A DNA stretch of 64,000 nucleotides, from contig MGTZ01000020.1 in NCBI GenBank assembly GCA_001799715.1, positions 11,115 to 75,114 on the forward strand, read 5' to 3'. Positions 28,204 through 38,361 of this stretch are shown one piece after another (positions within the stretch are counted from its first letter, which is position 1; every line of letters starts with the position of its first letter). The position numbers were made by a program, and so were the translations under genes. The notes under the pieces are model-generated. The model was given only the letters and a program-made list of their open reading frames with translations. It had not been told where the DNA came from and searched no databases. Source of the stretch: Elusimicrobia bacterium GWB2_63_16. GTDB taxonomy: Bacteria > Elusimicrobiota > Elusimicrobia > Elusimicrobiales > UBA9959.

Positions 28204-29643
28204 TTATTTCCTGCCGTCCTTGAGGAAGGCCAGGTAGCCCTTGTAGGCCATGTAGATGTCCAGCTTGCCGGCCAGCTCCATCGGCGCGTGCATGGAGAAC
28301 AGGCCCACGCCGCAGTCCACCACCTGCATGCCGTAGCGGGCCATGAACTGCGCGATGGTGCCGCCGCCGCCCTGGTCCACCTTGCCCAGCTCGCCGGTCT
28401 GCCAGACCACGCCGTTCTTATCGAAGATGCGGCGTATATGGGCCATGAACTCGGCCGAGGCGTCGGAGGAACCCGACTTGCCGCGGCTGCCGGTGAACTT
28501 GGTCACGCAGACGCCGTGGTTGATGTGCGGCGTGTTGCGCTTGTCGGAGACCGAGGGGAACATGGGATCGAACAGCGCGTTGACGTCGGCCGACAGCATC
28601 CAGCTGTTGTGCAGCGCGCGCTTGAGGGTCAGCTCGCTGTAGGAGTCCGTGGTGAGGTTGAGCAGTTCCGCGGAAGCGTTCTCGAAGAGGTTGGAGGCCA
28701 TGCCGGTGGCGCCGACGGAGCCTATCTCCTCCTTGTCGCAGAGCAGCACGCAGGAAGTGTATTCCGGCGTGCCCTTGAGGTCGAGGATGGCCCGCAGGCC
28801 GGTCCAGGCGCAGACGCGGTCGTCGTGGCCGTAGCCCAGGATCATCGAGCGGTCCAGGCCGGCCTCGCGCGGCGCGGCGGCGGGTACCAGCTCCAGCTCG
28901 GCCGAGAGGAAGTCGGCCTCGGTGACGCCGTATTTCTTGTGGAGGATGGAGAGGATGTTGTGCTTGACCTTCTCCTTCTTGTCCTTGTCGGAGGTCGGGA
29001 TGGTGCCGGCCAGCACGTCCAGGCCCTCGCCGGTTATCGCTTCGCCGATGGTCTTCTTGTACTGGTCGGCCGCCAGGTGCGGCAGCAGGTCGGTGATGCA
29101 GAGCACCGGGTCGGCGGGGTCTTCGCCGATGGCGATCTTCACCTTCTTGCCGTCGGGTTTTACGAACACGCCGTGCAGCGCCAGCGGGATGGTGACCCAC
29201 TGGTACTTCTTGATGCCGCCGTAATAATGGGTGTCGAACAGGGCCAGCTCGGAATTCTCGTAGAGCGGGTTCTGCTTGAGGTCGATGCGGGGGGCGTCGG
29301 TGTGGCCGCCGACGATATGCATGCCTTCGGCGAGCGGCTTTTTGCCGACCACCACGGCCATCAGGGTCTTGCCCTCGCTGGAGCGGTAAACCTTGTCGCC
29401 GGGAACCAGCCTGGCGCCGGTCTTCTCGTACTGGCGCATGTCCTTGAAGCCGGCGGCTTCCAGCAGCAGGATGGCCTCGTCGCTGGCTTCGCGCTCGGTC
29501 TTGGCCTTGGTGATGTACTGCAGGTAGGCCTGGTTGACCTCCTCGCAGTGCTTCAGTTCGGCGGGGGAGATCTTTTCGTAGCCGTTCTTGGTGGCGTAGG
29601 TCAGCCCGGATGCGGGGGCGGTCTTCTTAGCGGTTTTTTTCAT
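28204..29643 (-). CDS. M18 family aminopeptidase
   Basis: GHTDAPR, HYYGGIKKYQW, GHDDR, DKEEIGS, LSADV, SMHAPME; start placed at MKKTAKK after GGAGG. Confidence 0.9.
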   Translation of the reverse strand: MKKTAKKTAPASGLTYATKNGYEKISPAELKHCEEVNQAYLQYITKAKTEREASDEAILLLEAAGFKDMRQYEKTGARLVPGDKVYRSSEGKTLMAVVVGKKPLAEGMHIVGGHTDAPRIDLKQNPLYENSELALFDTHYYGGIKKYQWVTIPLALHGVFVKPDGKKVKIAIGEDPADPVLCITDLLPHLAADQYKKTIGEAITGEGLDVLAGTIPTSDKDKKEKVKHNILSILHKKYGVTEADFLSAELELVPAAAPREAGLDRSMILGYGHDDRVCAWTGLRAILDLKGTPEYTSCVLLCDKEEIGSVGATGMASNLFENASAELLNLTTDSYSELTLKRALHNSWMLSADVNALFDPMFPSVSDKRNTPHINHGVCVTKFTGSRGKSGSSDASAEFMAHIRRIFDKNGVVWQTGELGKVDQGGGGTIAQFMARYGMQVVDCGVGLFSMHAPMELAGKLDIYMAYKGYLAFLKDGRK

Positions 29644-29722
29644 TTTATCCTCCAAAAGTTGCGCGGAACCGGGTTTTTGCCGGCCTTTACATATTACCAT
29701 TTTGCTATCATTTAAGCCTCCG

Positions 29723-30931
29723 ATGAACGACAAAAAATACGCCAGGGGTGTGCTGCTGCTGGTTTTCGGCCTCAGCCTCTTCAATTATATCGACCGGCAG
29801 GTGCTTTACGCGGTATTCCCGCTGATAAAGGCGGACCTGCGCCTCTCCGACGCGGAGCTGGGCTTCCTGGCCTCGTCGTTCATGATAGTCTACATGTGCT
29901 TCGCGCCTTTCGTCGGCTATTTCGGCGACCGGGTGCGCCGGCCGCTGATCATAGGCGTCAGCGCTATCTTCTGGAGCCTCTCCACGCTGTTCAGCGGCCT
30001 GGTGAAGAACTACGGCCAGCTGATAGCCACCCGCTCCGCGGTGGGCATCGGCGAGGCGGGCTACGGCACCGTCTGCCCGTCTTTCCTGGCCGAGTGGTTC
30101 CCGCTGGAGCGCCGGGCGCGCGTCATGGCGCTGTACGCGCTGGCCATCCCCGCCGGCAGCGCCGTGGGCTACCTGCTGGGCGGTTTCCTGGGCCACCATT
30201 TCGGCTGGCGCAACGCTTTCTTCATCGTGGCCCTGCCCGGCATGCTGCTGGGCGTCATAGCGCTGTTCCTCAGGGAGACGCCCGAGAAGAACGCCCGCAC
30301 CGAGCATATCGCCTTCTCCGGCTATTTCGCGCTGTTCAAGAACCGCACTTTCCTGCTGATCTGCCTGGCCCAGTCCATCGGCACCTTCTCCGTGGGCGGC
30401 CTGGCCGCCTGGATGCCCTCGTATTTCGTGCGCACCTTCGGCGTGTCGGTGGCCAAGGCGGGCTTCCTGTTCGGCGCCATCACCGTGGCGGCCGGCCTGC
30501 TGGGGAATTTCGCCGGCGGCTGGGCCGCGGACTGGCTGCACAAGCGCACCAAGCGCTCTTATTTCATAGTGGGCTATATGAGCTTCTTCCTGAGCATCCC
30601 GTTCGGCGTGGGGGCCATCATGGCCGACTCGCTGAACCTGTGCCTGGGCCTGATGTTCTGCGCCGAGTTCTTCGTCTTCGCCTACTCCGGCCCCTACCAC
30701 GCCGCCATCGTGGAGGTAGTGCCGGTGACGATGCGCTCCATGGCCTTCGCCGTGGACATCTTCATCATCCACGCGCTGGGCGACGCGATCTCGCCGTTCC
30801 TGCTGGGCGTGGTCTCGGACGGCGCCGGCCTGCCGTTCGCCATGTTCCTGGCCATGATCTACCTGCTCGCGGGCGGCTTCATCTCGATAGCCGCCGGCGA
30901 AGCTTATAAAAAGGACTTTCACGCCGCATGA
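29723..30931 (+). CDS. MFS transporter (spinster-like)
   Basis: NYIDRQ, GYFGDRVRR, R..VGIGEA, about 12 TM helices. Confidence 0.88.
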   Translation: MNDKKYARGVLLLVFGLSLFNYIDRQVLYAVFPLIKADLRLSDAELGFLASSFMIVYMCFAPFVGYFGDRVRRPLIIGVSAIFWSLSTLFSGLVKNYGQLIATRSAVGIGEAGYGTVCPSFLAEWFPLERRARVMALYALAIPAGSAVGYLLGGFLGHHFGWRNAFFIVALPGMLLGVIALFLRETPEKNARTEHIAFSGYFALFKNRTFLLICLAQSIGTFSVGGLAAWMPSYFVRTFGVSVAKAGFLFGAITVAAGLLGNFAGGWAADWLHKRTKRSYFIVGYMSFFLSIPFGVGAIMADSLNLCLGLMFCAEFFVFAYSGPYHAAIVEVVPVTMRSMAFAVDIFIIHALGDAISPFLLGVVSDGAGLPFAMFLAMIYLLAGGFISIAAGEAYKKDFHAA

Positions 30932-31581
30932 ACCCACTGGACCTGGAGATAGTAAGAGAGACCGCCGACCTGGTGGTGGTGAACAAGCCCTCCGGCCTGC
31001 TGACCATGCCGGCGCGCGGCGACCTGGCCAAGGCCAAGCACCTCGTAGGGCTGCTGCACCAGCGCTTCGGACGGGTCTTCGTCGTTCACCGCCTGGACCG
31101 CGACGCCAGCGGCCTGATCATGTTCGCGCGCAACGAGGCCGCGCACCGCTACTATTCGGGCCTGTTCGAGACCCGCGAGGTGGAGAAGCATTACCTCGTG
31201 GTCGCCGAAGGGAAGGTGGCGGAGAAGCGCGGCGAGATCGACAAGCCCCTCAAGGAGCGCGGCTCGGGGCGCGTCTCGGTGGCTTTCGACGGCAAGGCCT
31301 CGGTCACGCGCTACGAGGTGCTGGAGCGGCACAAGACCGCGACCATCCTCGACGTGTCCATCGCCACGGGCCGGCGCCACCAGATCAGGGCGCATCTCTA
31401 TTCCATCGGCAACCCCGTGCTGGGCGACAAGCTCTACGGCGACGCCGCCAAGCAGGCCAGGTACCCGCGGCTGATGCTGCACGCCTGGCGGCTGCGGTTC
31501 AACGACATGAAGACCGGCAAGCCGGTGCGCCTGGAGGCCGACCCGCCGAGGGATTTCATGGGCGTGCTGAAGGTGATATAA
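30928..31581 (+). CDS. RluA-family RNA pseudouridine synthase
   Basis: VNKPSGL, VHRLDRDASG, TGRRHQIRAH, GDKLYG, LMLHA. Confidence 0.92.
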   Translation: MNPLDLEIVRETADLVVVNKPSGLLTMPARGDLAKAKHLVGLLHQRFGRVFVVHRLDRDASGLIMFARNEAAHRYYSGLFETREVEKHYLVVAEGKVAEKRGEIDKPLKERGSGRVSVAFDGKASVTRYEVLERHKTATILDVSIATGRRHQIRAHLYSIGNPVLGDKLYGDAAKQARYPRLMLHAWRLRFNDMKTGKPVRLEADPPRDFMGVLKVI

Positions 31582-31604
31582 TAAAGTCTGTACCTCTCAC
31601 GCTT

Positions 31605-31629
31605 AAGGCATCCGCAAGGGTGCCTTTTT
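31605..31629 (+). terminator. Intrinsic terminator
   Basis: AAGGCATCC-gcaa-GGGTGCCTTTTT (GNRA loop). Confidence 0.75.
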
Positions 31630-31646
31630 GCTTGGCGGCGGCGCGG

Positions 31647-31672
31647 TGAAACTTTTCCGCCCCGGGCGCATC
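31647..31672 (+). promoter_or_regulatory. Possible ECF-sigma promoter
   Basis: TGAAAC-N16-CATC, resembling the TGAAAC-N16/17-CGTM ECF consensus, upstream of the thiol-redox gene. Confidence 0.35.
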
Positions 31673-31703
31673 TTATATCACCGGGGCGACAAGGAGCGAG
31701 CAT

Positions 31704-32345
31704 ATGACATTCATGGACCAGCAGACCGCGGACGAAGTCAGGAAGCGCCTGGCCGAATTGCCGGCCGAGGTGAAGATCGTTTATTTCAAGGAGGCGCTGC
31801 TCTGCCAGACCTGCGGCCCCGCCGAGGATTTTTACAAGGAACTGGTCACGCTGTCGGACAAGGTCAAGCTCGAAGTGTACAACCGGGTGACCGACACGGA
31901 GAAGGCCGCCGCCTACGGCATAACGCTCAGCCCCGCCGCGGTCATAGAGGGCCCAAAGGGCGGCCGCGTGCGCTTCTACGGCATACCGGCGGGCTACGAG
32001 TTCGTCTCGCTGCTCGAAGCTCTTAAAAATTCCGCTTCTCCCGCCACCGACCTGCAGCCGGAGACCGTGCAGGCGCTGGCCGGCGTGGCCAAGCCCGTGA
32101 ACATCAAGGTGTTCGTCACGCCCACCTGCCCCTACTGCCCTTCGGCGGTGGTGCTGGCGCACAAGTTCGCCCTGCAGTCCCCGCAGATCACCGCCGAGAT
32201 GGTGGAGGCCAGCGAGTTCCAGGAGCTGGCGGCCAAATACGAGGTGTCCGGCGTGCCGCAGGTGGTGTTCAACGAGAAGGTCAGCCTGGTCGGCGCGCAG
32301 CCGGAGTCGGCCATGCTCAAGGCCGTGCTCGAGGCGGCCGTTTAA
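31704..32345 (+). CDS. Protein disulfide oxidoreductase (two thioredoxin folds; AhpF-NTD/PDO-like)
   Basis: CQTC and CPYC motifs, RFYGIPAGYEF, VSGVP. Confidence 0.88.
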   Translation: MTFMDQQTADEVRKRLAELPAEVKIVYFKEALLCQTCGPAEDFYKELVTLSDKVKLEVYNRVTDTEKAAAYGITLSPAAVIEGPKGGRVRFYGIPAGYEFVSLLEALKNSASPATDLQPETVQALAGVAKPVNIKVFVTPTCPYCPSAVVLAHKFALQSPQITAEMVEASEFQELAAKYEVSGVPQVVFNEKVSLVGAQPESAMLKAVLEAAV

Positions 32346-32359
32346 TTTCAGGAGGGAAT

Positions 32360-32566
32360 ATGATAACCAAGAACGTGGGGAATTTCGACAGGGTGGTCAG
32401 GATGGTGGCCGGCGCGTCGCTGGGTTTCGCCGCTTACAGCACGGGCGGCACGGCGGCCTATATACTGGCCGCGGCCGGCGTGATGGCCTTCGTCACCGGC
32501 CTGATAGGCTGGTGCGGCGTCTACACGCTGCTGGGCATCAATACCTGCACCGTAGACAAGCCCTAA
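32360..32566 (+). CDS. DUF2892/YgaP-like small membrane protein
   Basis: KNVG.FDR..R, TGLIGWCG.Y.LLGINTC. Confidence 0.85.
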   Translation: MITKNVGNFDRVVRMVAGASLGFAAYSTGGTAAYILAAAGVMAFVTGLIGWCGVYTLLGINTCTVDKP

Positions 32567-35500
32567 CTACCGGCCCGCCAGTTCTATCGTCACGGCCGCT
32601 TCGGCCCCGCCCGACAGATAAGTCACTCTTATCTTCTGGCCGGGGCTGAATTTTTTCAGCTCCTCTGAATACGAGCGCAGGTCCTTTACGGCCGCGCCTT
32701 CCAATTTGATTATCACGTCTCCGGGCTTCAGGCCCGCCTTGTCGAGCGGCGAGCCAGGGGTGATGTCCTGCGCCCGCACGCCCTCGCCGGGGAAAGCGAA
32801 ATCCGGGACCAGTCCGGTGGACGCCTTGCGGGGCGCCGAGGGGGCGGCTGCGGAGGGCGCGGCGCCGGCCGGCCTGGTGATGAACTCGGCGTCGCCGGCC
32901 AGGTAATCGGCTATCTCACGCGCGAACTCGGCGACCTTTACCATGCCCCGGCTGTCCAGCTTGTCGCTCGTGTCGGTGCTCTTATGATAATCCGTGTGCG
33001 GGCCGCTGAAGAACTGCAGCGCGGGCAAGCCGGCCTCTATGAAGCTGGCCTGGTCGCTGGAGTCCAGGTCGGCGGCGGGGGCGTAGTCGTGCCCGGTGAC
33101 GAAACCGGCGCCTCGCAGTATGTGCACCCACTTGTCGGAGGAGCCCGACCCGAGCGCGAGGATCTTGCCCGCGCCGAGCCGGCCTACGGTGTCGAAGTTC
33201 AGCGCGGCGTTAACCTTCTCCCTCATGCCCGGCGCCAGCGCGGCCACGAAGGCCTTGGAGCCCTGCCGGCCCGCTTCCTCGCCGTCGAAGGCGGCGAAGA
33301 TCACGGAGCGGGCGGGGGGAGCGGCGGCGTAATGGCGCGCCAGCTCCAGCAGCAGCGCCACGCCCGAGGCGTTGTCGTCGGCGCCGGGGAACGTCTCGCC
33401 GCCCGCTTGCGGCAAATGGTCGTAGTGAGCGCACAGCACCACGTACTCGTCGGGCCGCGAGGTTCCCTTTATCATCCCGACTATATTCTCCCGGCCGGGG
33501 GGGCCGGCGCGCAGGGGGGAGGCGCCAAAGGGTTTCAGCCCGGCTTTTTTAAAAGCGGCTTCGATAAAGTCCCCGGCGCGCCTGTGGCCGGGGGTGCCGG
33601 GCGAGCGCCCTCCGGGCAGGGCCGCCAGGTGCCGGGCGTCGCCGGCCATGCGCTCCGCCGAGAAGGCGGACGGCAGCCAGGCCAGGGGCGCGCGGTCCGG
33701 GTAGGCGCGGGCGGCGGGGGCCTTGCTGCCCAGCGCGGCCGACAGCGGCGATGAAGAGACGGTCCAGACTCCGGAGGCCACCGAATTCATATCCTTGTCG
33801 AAGACCAGCCAGGAGTACTTGCCGTAATGCGGCAGCTTGGCGGCCAGCAGGCGCAGCTTGTCCGTGTCGCCGGCGACCACCAGCGCGCCCGAGCGCGCGG
33901 GGTTGGCCGGGTTATAGGCCGCGAAGACGAAGGTGTGCCCGTCCCGGGCGAAGCGGCGGCCGCCCAGCGTGACGGTGTCCAGGCCGAAGGCCGCCCCGTA
34001 GGCGGCCAGGTCCTCTTCGAAATCCCTGGTCAGCAAATTCTCCGCCCCGAAGACCCAGTAGGAGTCCCCGGCGGGCGGCGCCGTGACCGCCAGGTCGTCG
34101 GAGACCCGGGGCAGGTTGGACTTGTCCTTGGTCCAGACTTCGGCCAGGCCGAGCCAGGGGTCGCCGGCGGGGCCGGCCGGTACTATGATGGCGGGCCTGG
34201 AGGCCCCGAGCAGCCGCGACAAGGTGGGGGGCGTCTCCAGCGGGCTCAGCCTCCGGAACAGGTCGAACTCCGGGTCTATCTCCAGCCGCAGCGGGCGCAC
34301 GGCCGACGGGTAATGATAGGTTTCCGTCTTTTTGGTCATCGGCAGGCGCTTGAGCCTGGGCTCGTCCGCCCCTTCCAGGAAGACGGCGGCCGGCACTTCC
34401 AGCTCGTAAGCGGGGCCGGGCTGCGCCTGCTCCAGCGTGAATTCCAGCTCGTAGCCTTCCAGGCCGCGGGAAAGTTTAACGTTCTTCAGGCGCAGGTCGG
34501 GGGCCCCGGCGCGGGCGGTCCACTGGTCGAAGAAGGGCTTGAGCCGGCCCGGCCCGGAGACCCGCTCGAAGGCGGCGCGCAGGTCTTCGAAAGAGGCCGT
34601 GCGGAATTTGTTGGCGGCGTAGAAATCGCGCAGGCCGCGGGCGAAGCCCTGGTCGCCGAGCGCCTGCCGCAGCATGTGGTAGACCAGCATCATCTTGCCG
34701 TAGCCGACGGCCTCGGAGGCCGAGGAGTGGCGCGAGCGGAACTCCGTCAGCGGGAAGTCGGCGCCGCCGGAGACGTAGTCGGAATACTTCTGCAGCGCCG
34801 CCATGCGGTAGTCGCGGCCCTTGCCGCGGTTCTCGGCTATCAGGTAGTCGGCCAGGTACGCCGTCAGTCCCTCGCACCAGTTCCCCGACGGGTAATCCAC
34901 GAAAACGCCGTTGCCCCACCAGTTGTGCAGGATCTCGTGCGGGTAGGAGGAATTTATAATGAACGGCAGGCGTATCACCTTGCTCCCCAGCAGCGTGAAG
35001 GAGGGCATGCCGTAGCCGGTGTCCCAGAAATTCTCCACCAGCGCGAACTTGCCGTAGGGGTAGCGGCCGAGCAGTTCGGAATAAAGCTTTATGTACTTGG
35101 CAGTGGCGTCGAGGTAGCGCCCGGCCAGCGCGGGGTCCGGCTGAAGCAGGAAGGCCGCATAGGTCAAACCGCCCTCGCGCCGTTCGTACTCGGCGTAGCG
35201 GCCGCAGACCAGGGTGATCTCGTCCTGCGGCGCGCCGCTCTCCCAGACCTCTATGTTCCGGCCGCCGCGCGCGGAGCGGCGACCCCTGTCGCCGCCGGCT
35301 ACCGAGGCGTAGGGGGCCGGCAGCGAAGTCTCCAGGCGGTAGGAGACCATACGGCCGGGGAAATGCGGGTACCAGCCGGAGGCCCCGGAGAGATAGCAGC
35401 CTTCGGGCGAAATTACGCCCGGGGTCTCCGAGAAGCTGCGCGCGTACTCCTGCGCCTGCTCGCCGGGGGCGTGAGCTATGCGTCCCTCGTAGTTCAGCGT

Positions 35501-35812
35501 GAAAGAGGCCGACGGTCTGGTCAGACGCAGGAGGTAGGCGGCCTCTACGCCGCCGGAGGAGGAGTTGATGCCGTAGCGGGCCGCGGCGTCCCCCGGCAGT
35601 TCCTCTACAACGCCGCCGGGGGAGGCGGGCCGCAGGCCCCTGTGCAGGGTGAAGACGAACTCGGCGGCCGGGGCCGGGAAGGTGACCTTGTCCGACGCCT
35701 TTAGCAGTCCGTCCGCGGGGTGGAGCTCCGCCCTGAGGTCGTGGCGGAGGGCTTCGGCCGCGCGCGCGGGCGCGGCGGCCAGGAAAAAGCAGGCGAGGAG
35801 GAAAAATTTCAT
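32567..35812 (-). CDS. Secreted multidomain peptidase: M1-like + M28 + PDZ
   Basis: HEILHNWWG..WCEGL (HEXXH-X18-E); CAHYDH, GADDNASG, GEEAG, DYHK; C-terminal PDZ (GLVPDF, GSP..KAGLKPGDVI). Confidence 0.85.
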   Translation of the reverse strand: MKFFLLACFFLAAAPARAAEALRHDLRAELHPADGLLKASDKVTFPAPAAEFVFTLHRGLRPASPGGVVEELPGDAAARYGINSSSGGVEAAYLLRLTRPSASFTLNYEGRIAHAPGEQAQEYARSFSETPGVISPEGCYLSGASGWYPHFPGRMVSYRLETSLPAPYASVAGGDRGRRSARGGRNIEVWESGAPQDEITLVCGRYAEYERREGGLTYAAFLLQPDPALAGRYLDATAKYIKLYSELLGRYPYGKFALVENFWDTGYGMPSFTLLGSKVIRLPFIINSSYPHEILHNWWGNGVFVDYPSGNWCEGLTAYLADYLIAENRGKGRDYRMAALQKYSDYVSGGADFPLTEFRSRHSSASEAVGYGKMMLVYHMLRQALGDQGFARGLRDFYAANKFRTASFEDLRAAFERVSGPGRLKPFFDQWTARAGAPDLRLKNVKLSRGLEGYELEFTLEQAQPGPAYELEVPAAVFLEGADEPRLKRLPMTKKTETYHYPSAVRPLRLEIDPEFDLFRRLSPLETPPTLSRLLGASRPAIIVPAGPAGDPWLGLAEVWTKDKSNLPRVSDDLAVTAPPAGDSYWVFGAENLLTRDFEEDLAAYGAAFGLDTVTLGGRRFARDGHTFVFAAYNPANPARSGALVVAGDTDKLRLLAAKLPHYGKYSWLVFDKDMNSVASGVWTVSSSPLSAALGSKAPAARAYPDRAPLAWLPSAFSAERMAGDARHLAALPGGRSPGTPGHRRAGDFIEAAFKKAGLKPFGASPLRAGPPGRENIVGMIKGTSRPDEYVVLCAHYDHLPQAGGETFPGADDNASGVALLLELARHYAAAPPARSVIFAAFDGEEAGRQGSKAFVAALAPGMREKVNAALNFDTVGRLGAGKILALGSGSSDKWVHILRGAGFVTGHDYAPAADLDSSDQASFIEAGLPALQFFSGPHTDYHKSTDTSDKLDSRGMVKVAEFAREIADYLAGDAEFITRPAGAAPSAAAPSAPRKASTGLVPDFAFPGEGVRAQDITPGSPLDKAGLKPGDVIIKLEGAAVKDLRSYSEELKKFSPGQKIRVTYLSGGAEAAVTIELAGR

Positions 35813-35913
35813 ATGTAAGGATATACTATAATTTTCTGGTAAGGGCGAGGAACGCCGTATGCGCCGCCCGCCCGGCCGCGCCGCCGGGAGGTAAAACAGC
35901 GCGAGGAGATAAT

Positions 35914-37137
35914 ATGAAACAACAGAAAACCGCCCTTTTGCTGGTCATCGACGCCGTGGGCCTGTCCACGCTGGAGTACCTGCTTTCCAAGTATCCCGCC
36001 AAGGTGAAGCTGCCCAACCTCAGCCGGCTCGGGCTCGGCGACATCCTGCTCCCCGAATTCAAGAAGCGCCTCGGCAAGTCCGCCGGCAAAGCCTACGCGG
36101 CCCGCGTGGAGCAGGTCTCGGCCACCGCCGACAGCCTGGTAGGCCACCGCGAGATGATGGGCGTGGTGGACCACCGCACCTACGACCTCTTCGACGACGG
36201 CTTTGACCGCAGGTACCTGGCCGCGCTGGAGAAGCGCATCGGCCGCAAGACCTTCTTCAACAAGATGGCGGGCGGCCTGGAGGCCATCGAACTCAACGCC
36301 GTCGAGCACGAGCGCACCGGCAAGCCGATAGCCTACGCCAGCAAATGCGACCCGCTGATACAGCTGGCCATGAACGAGGCCGTGATCCCGGTGCACGAGC
36401 AGCACAAGATCGCCGACACCGCCTTCGCGCTCGCGATGGAGATGGGCATACCGATCACCCGCGCCATCGCCCGCTCCTATGTCCGCAACTCCGCCGGCGA
36501 GATCATCCGCACCTCCAACCGCCACGACGCGGTGCTGCCCATCGGCCAGGACACCCTGGTGGATGTGCTGCACGAAAACTGCGTCTGGACCGTGGCCGTG
36601 GGCAAGACCAGCGACCTGGTCAACACCGCCTACCACGCCAAGGTCAAGCTCAACAAGGAGGTCTACCTGGACCCCGCCCTGGGCCTGCGCTTCGTGCACC
36701 CGAAGAAGAAGGACACCAACCCGTTCTCCATCCAGGGCACGATCAACGCGCTGCGCGCCGCGCACGCCGTCTACCGCCCGAAGGGCACCTTCATCTTCAC
36801 CAACCTCGTCGACACCGACAGCGTCTACGGCCATACCCGCGAGGTGGAGGGAGCGATAAAGTCGCTCGAGGAGATAGACCGCACGCTGCCGCTCATAGAG
36901 CGGCACCTTGAGAAGGGGGACCTGCTGGGCATCACCGCCGACCACGGCATGGTGCACCGTGAGGACTACGGCTACCACAACAACGAGCCGCTGCCGTTCA
37001 TAGCCTGGCGCAAGGGCAGCGACCGGAAACTGGGCGGCCTGAAGACCGGCCTGATGCCCGGCCTGACGGACATAGGCAGCGTGTTCGCGCAGTACTTCGG
37101 CCTGCACGCCGAGTATAAGAAGATCGTGAAGAAGTAG
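35914..37137 (+). CDS. deoB: Phosphopentomutase-like metalloenzyme (divergent)
   Basis: LVIDAVG, LPNLSRLGLG, DSLVGHREMMG, RAIARSY, FTNLVDTDSVYGH, ITADHG. Confidence 0.7.
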   Translation: MKQQKTALLLVIDAVGLSTLEYLLSKYPAKVKLPNLSRLGLGDILLPEFKKRLGKSAGKAYAARVEQVSATADSLVGHREMMGVVDHRTYDLFDDGFDRRYLAALEKRIGRKTFFNKMAGGLEAIELNAVEHERTGKPIAYASKCDPLIQLAMNEAVIPVHEQHKIADTAFALAMEMGIPITRAIARSYVRNSAGEIIRTSNRHDAVLPIGQDTLVDVLHENCVWTVAVGKTSDLVNTAYHAKVKLNKEVYLDPALGLRFVHPKKKDTNPFSIQGTINALRAAHAVYRPKGTFIFTNLVDTDSVYGHTREVEGAIKSLEEIDRTLPLIERHLEKGDLLGITADHGMVHREDYGYHNNEPLPFIAWRKGSDRKLGGLKTGLMPGLTDIGSVFAQYFGLHAEYKKIVKK

Positions 37138-37153
37138 GGGCAGCGCCGCCAAT

Positions 37154-37185
37154 AAAAAAGACCGGGCCGCCCCGGTCTTTTTTTT
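37154..37185. terminator. Bidirectional intrinsic terminator
   Basis: AAAAAAGACCGGG-ccgc-CCCGGTCTTTTTTTT. Confidence 0.85.
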
Positions 37186-37196
37186 GGGGGCCGGGT

Positions 37197-38321
37197 TTAG
37201 TGTTTGTATTCGGGGTCCACGAAGGCGCGGTAGGACTGCGGGGTCAGGGCGGCCCAGGTATACTTGTTGGCCGGGTTCCACAGCACCCAGCTCTCGAGGT
37301 GGTTGAAGCGCGTGGCCATGATCTGCGCTCGCACCTCGGGGGCGCCGTAGGGCCAGCCCAGCGAGAAGTCCTGCAGGTAGGGGCGCAGCTTGGCGTAGTC
37401 CTTGCCCAGGCGGCCCATGGCGTCCCTGAGGCCGCGGTTGATCACCTTGAAGGGGCTGGCGTTGGGATGCTTGAGGTTGTACTCGCCGGGGTAGTAATGC
37501 GACGGGTACATCATGGGATAGACGAAGTCCGCGCCGGCCGCCAGTGTATTGATGTCCTGCCCTATTCCCATGTCGTCCTTGACCGTGGTGGTAAGGCCGA
37601 ACACGTCGACGGAGATCTTGACCTTGTACGGGGCCAGCCGCTTGCGCGCGTAGGCCAGGAAATCGCGCAGGTTGTTGATGGAATTCTGCCTGTTGTGCGG
37701 CTTGGAGTAGCGGCACAGCGAGGTGTTGCCCTCGGAGGGGTAGCGGATATAATCGAACTGGATCTCCTCAAAGCCCAGCTTGGCGCAGCGCTCGGCGATG
37801 TCGAGCGTGTATTCCCAGACCTCGCGGCTGTAGGGGTCTATCCAGGTGGCGCCGTTGTTGCTGCGCCACAGGCCGCCGTTCGGGGTGCGCACGGCCAGGT
37901 CCTGGCGCGCTTTGGGCAGCACCTTGTCCTTGAACACTACTATGCGCGCCACGGTCAGCAGGCCGGCGTCCTTGAAATCCTTCAGCATCTCCTCCGGCCT
38001 GGGGATGGCGGCCTGGTAGGAGCCGAACTTGTGCGCCTTGTCCACGCCGGGGAGGTAGACCTTGCCGTCGGTTTCCTTGACGGCGATGACCACCGTATTG
38101 ATGACCGAGGCCGAGATCTTCTTTATAAGTTCCTTCCTGAGCTTGGCCGAACCGGCGCCCCAGGAGGTAAGGTGTATGCCGCGTACCCTGGGCTGTTCGA
38201 GCACCAGTTCGCGGATGGCGGAGGTGGAGAGCTGTACTTTGGCCGGTGCGGTGGAGACCGGCGCGGCGGCGCGAACGACAGGAGCGGACACGAGAAGCAG
38301 AGAAAGCGCTGTATAGAGCAT
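37197..38321 (-). CDS. Putative glycoside hydrolase (DUF4015 family)
   Basis: VRGIHLT, NTVVIAVKETDG, ARIVVFKD, GFEEIQFDYIRYP, IGQD, PMMYPSHY, RPYLQDF, LWNP.N.Y. Confidence 0.85.
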   Translation of the reverse strand: MLYTALSLLLVSAPVVRAAAPVSTAPAKVQLSTSAIRELVLEQPRVRGIHLTSWGAGSAKLRKELIKKISASVINTVVIAVKETDGKVYLPGVDKAHKFGSYQAAIPRPEEMLKDFKDAGLLTVARIVVFKDKVLPKARQDLAVRTPNGGLWRSNNGATWIDPYSREVWEYTLDIAERCAKLGFEEIQFDYIRYPSEGNTSLCRYSKPHNRQNSINNLRDFLAYARKRLAPYKVKISVDVFGLTTTVKDDMGIGQDINTLAAGADFVYPMMYPSHYYPGEYNLKHPNASPFKVINRGLRDAMGRLGKDYAKLRPYLQDFSLGWPYGAPEVRAQIMATRFNHLESWVLWNPANKYTWAALTPQSYRAFVDPEYKH

Positions 38322-38361
38322 ATAGTTATATTTTACAATTTACGGAGATAAAGGGGACGCT

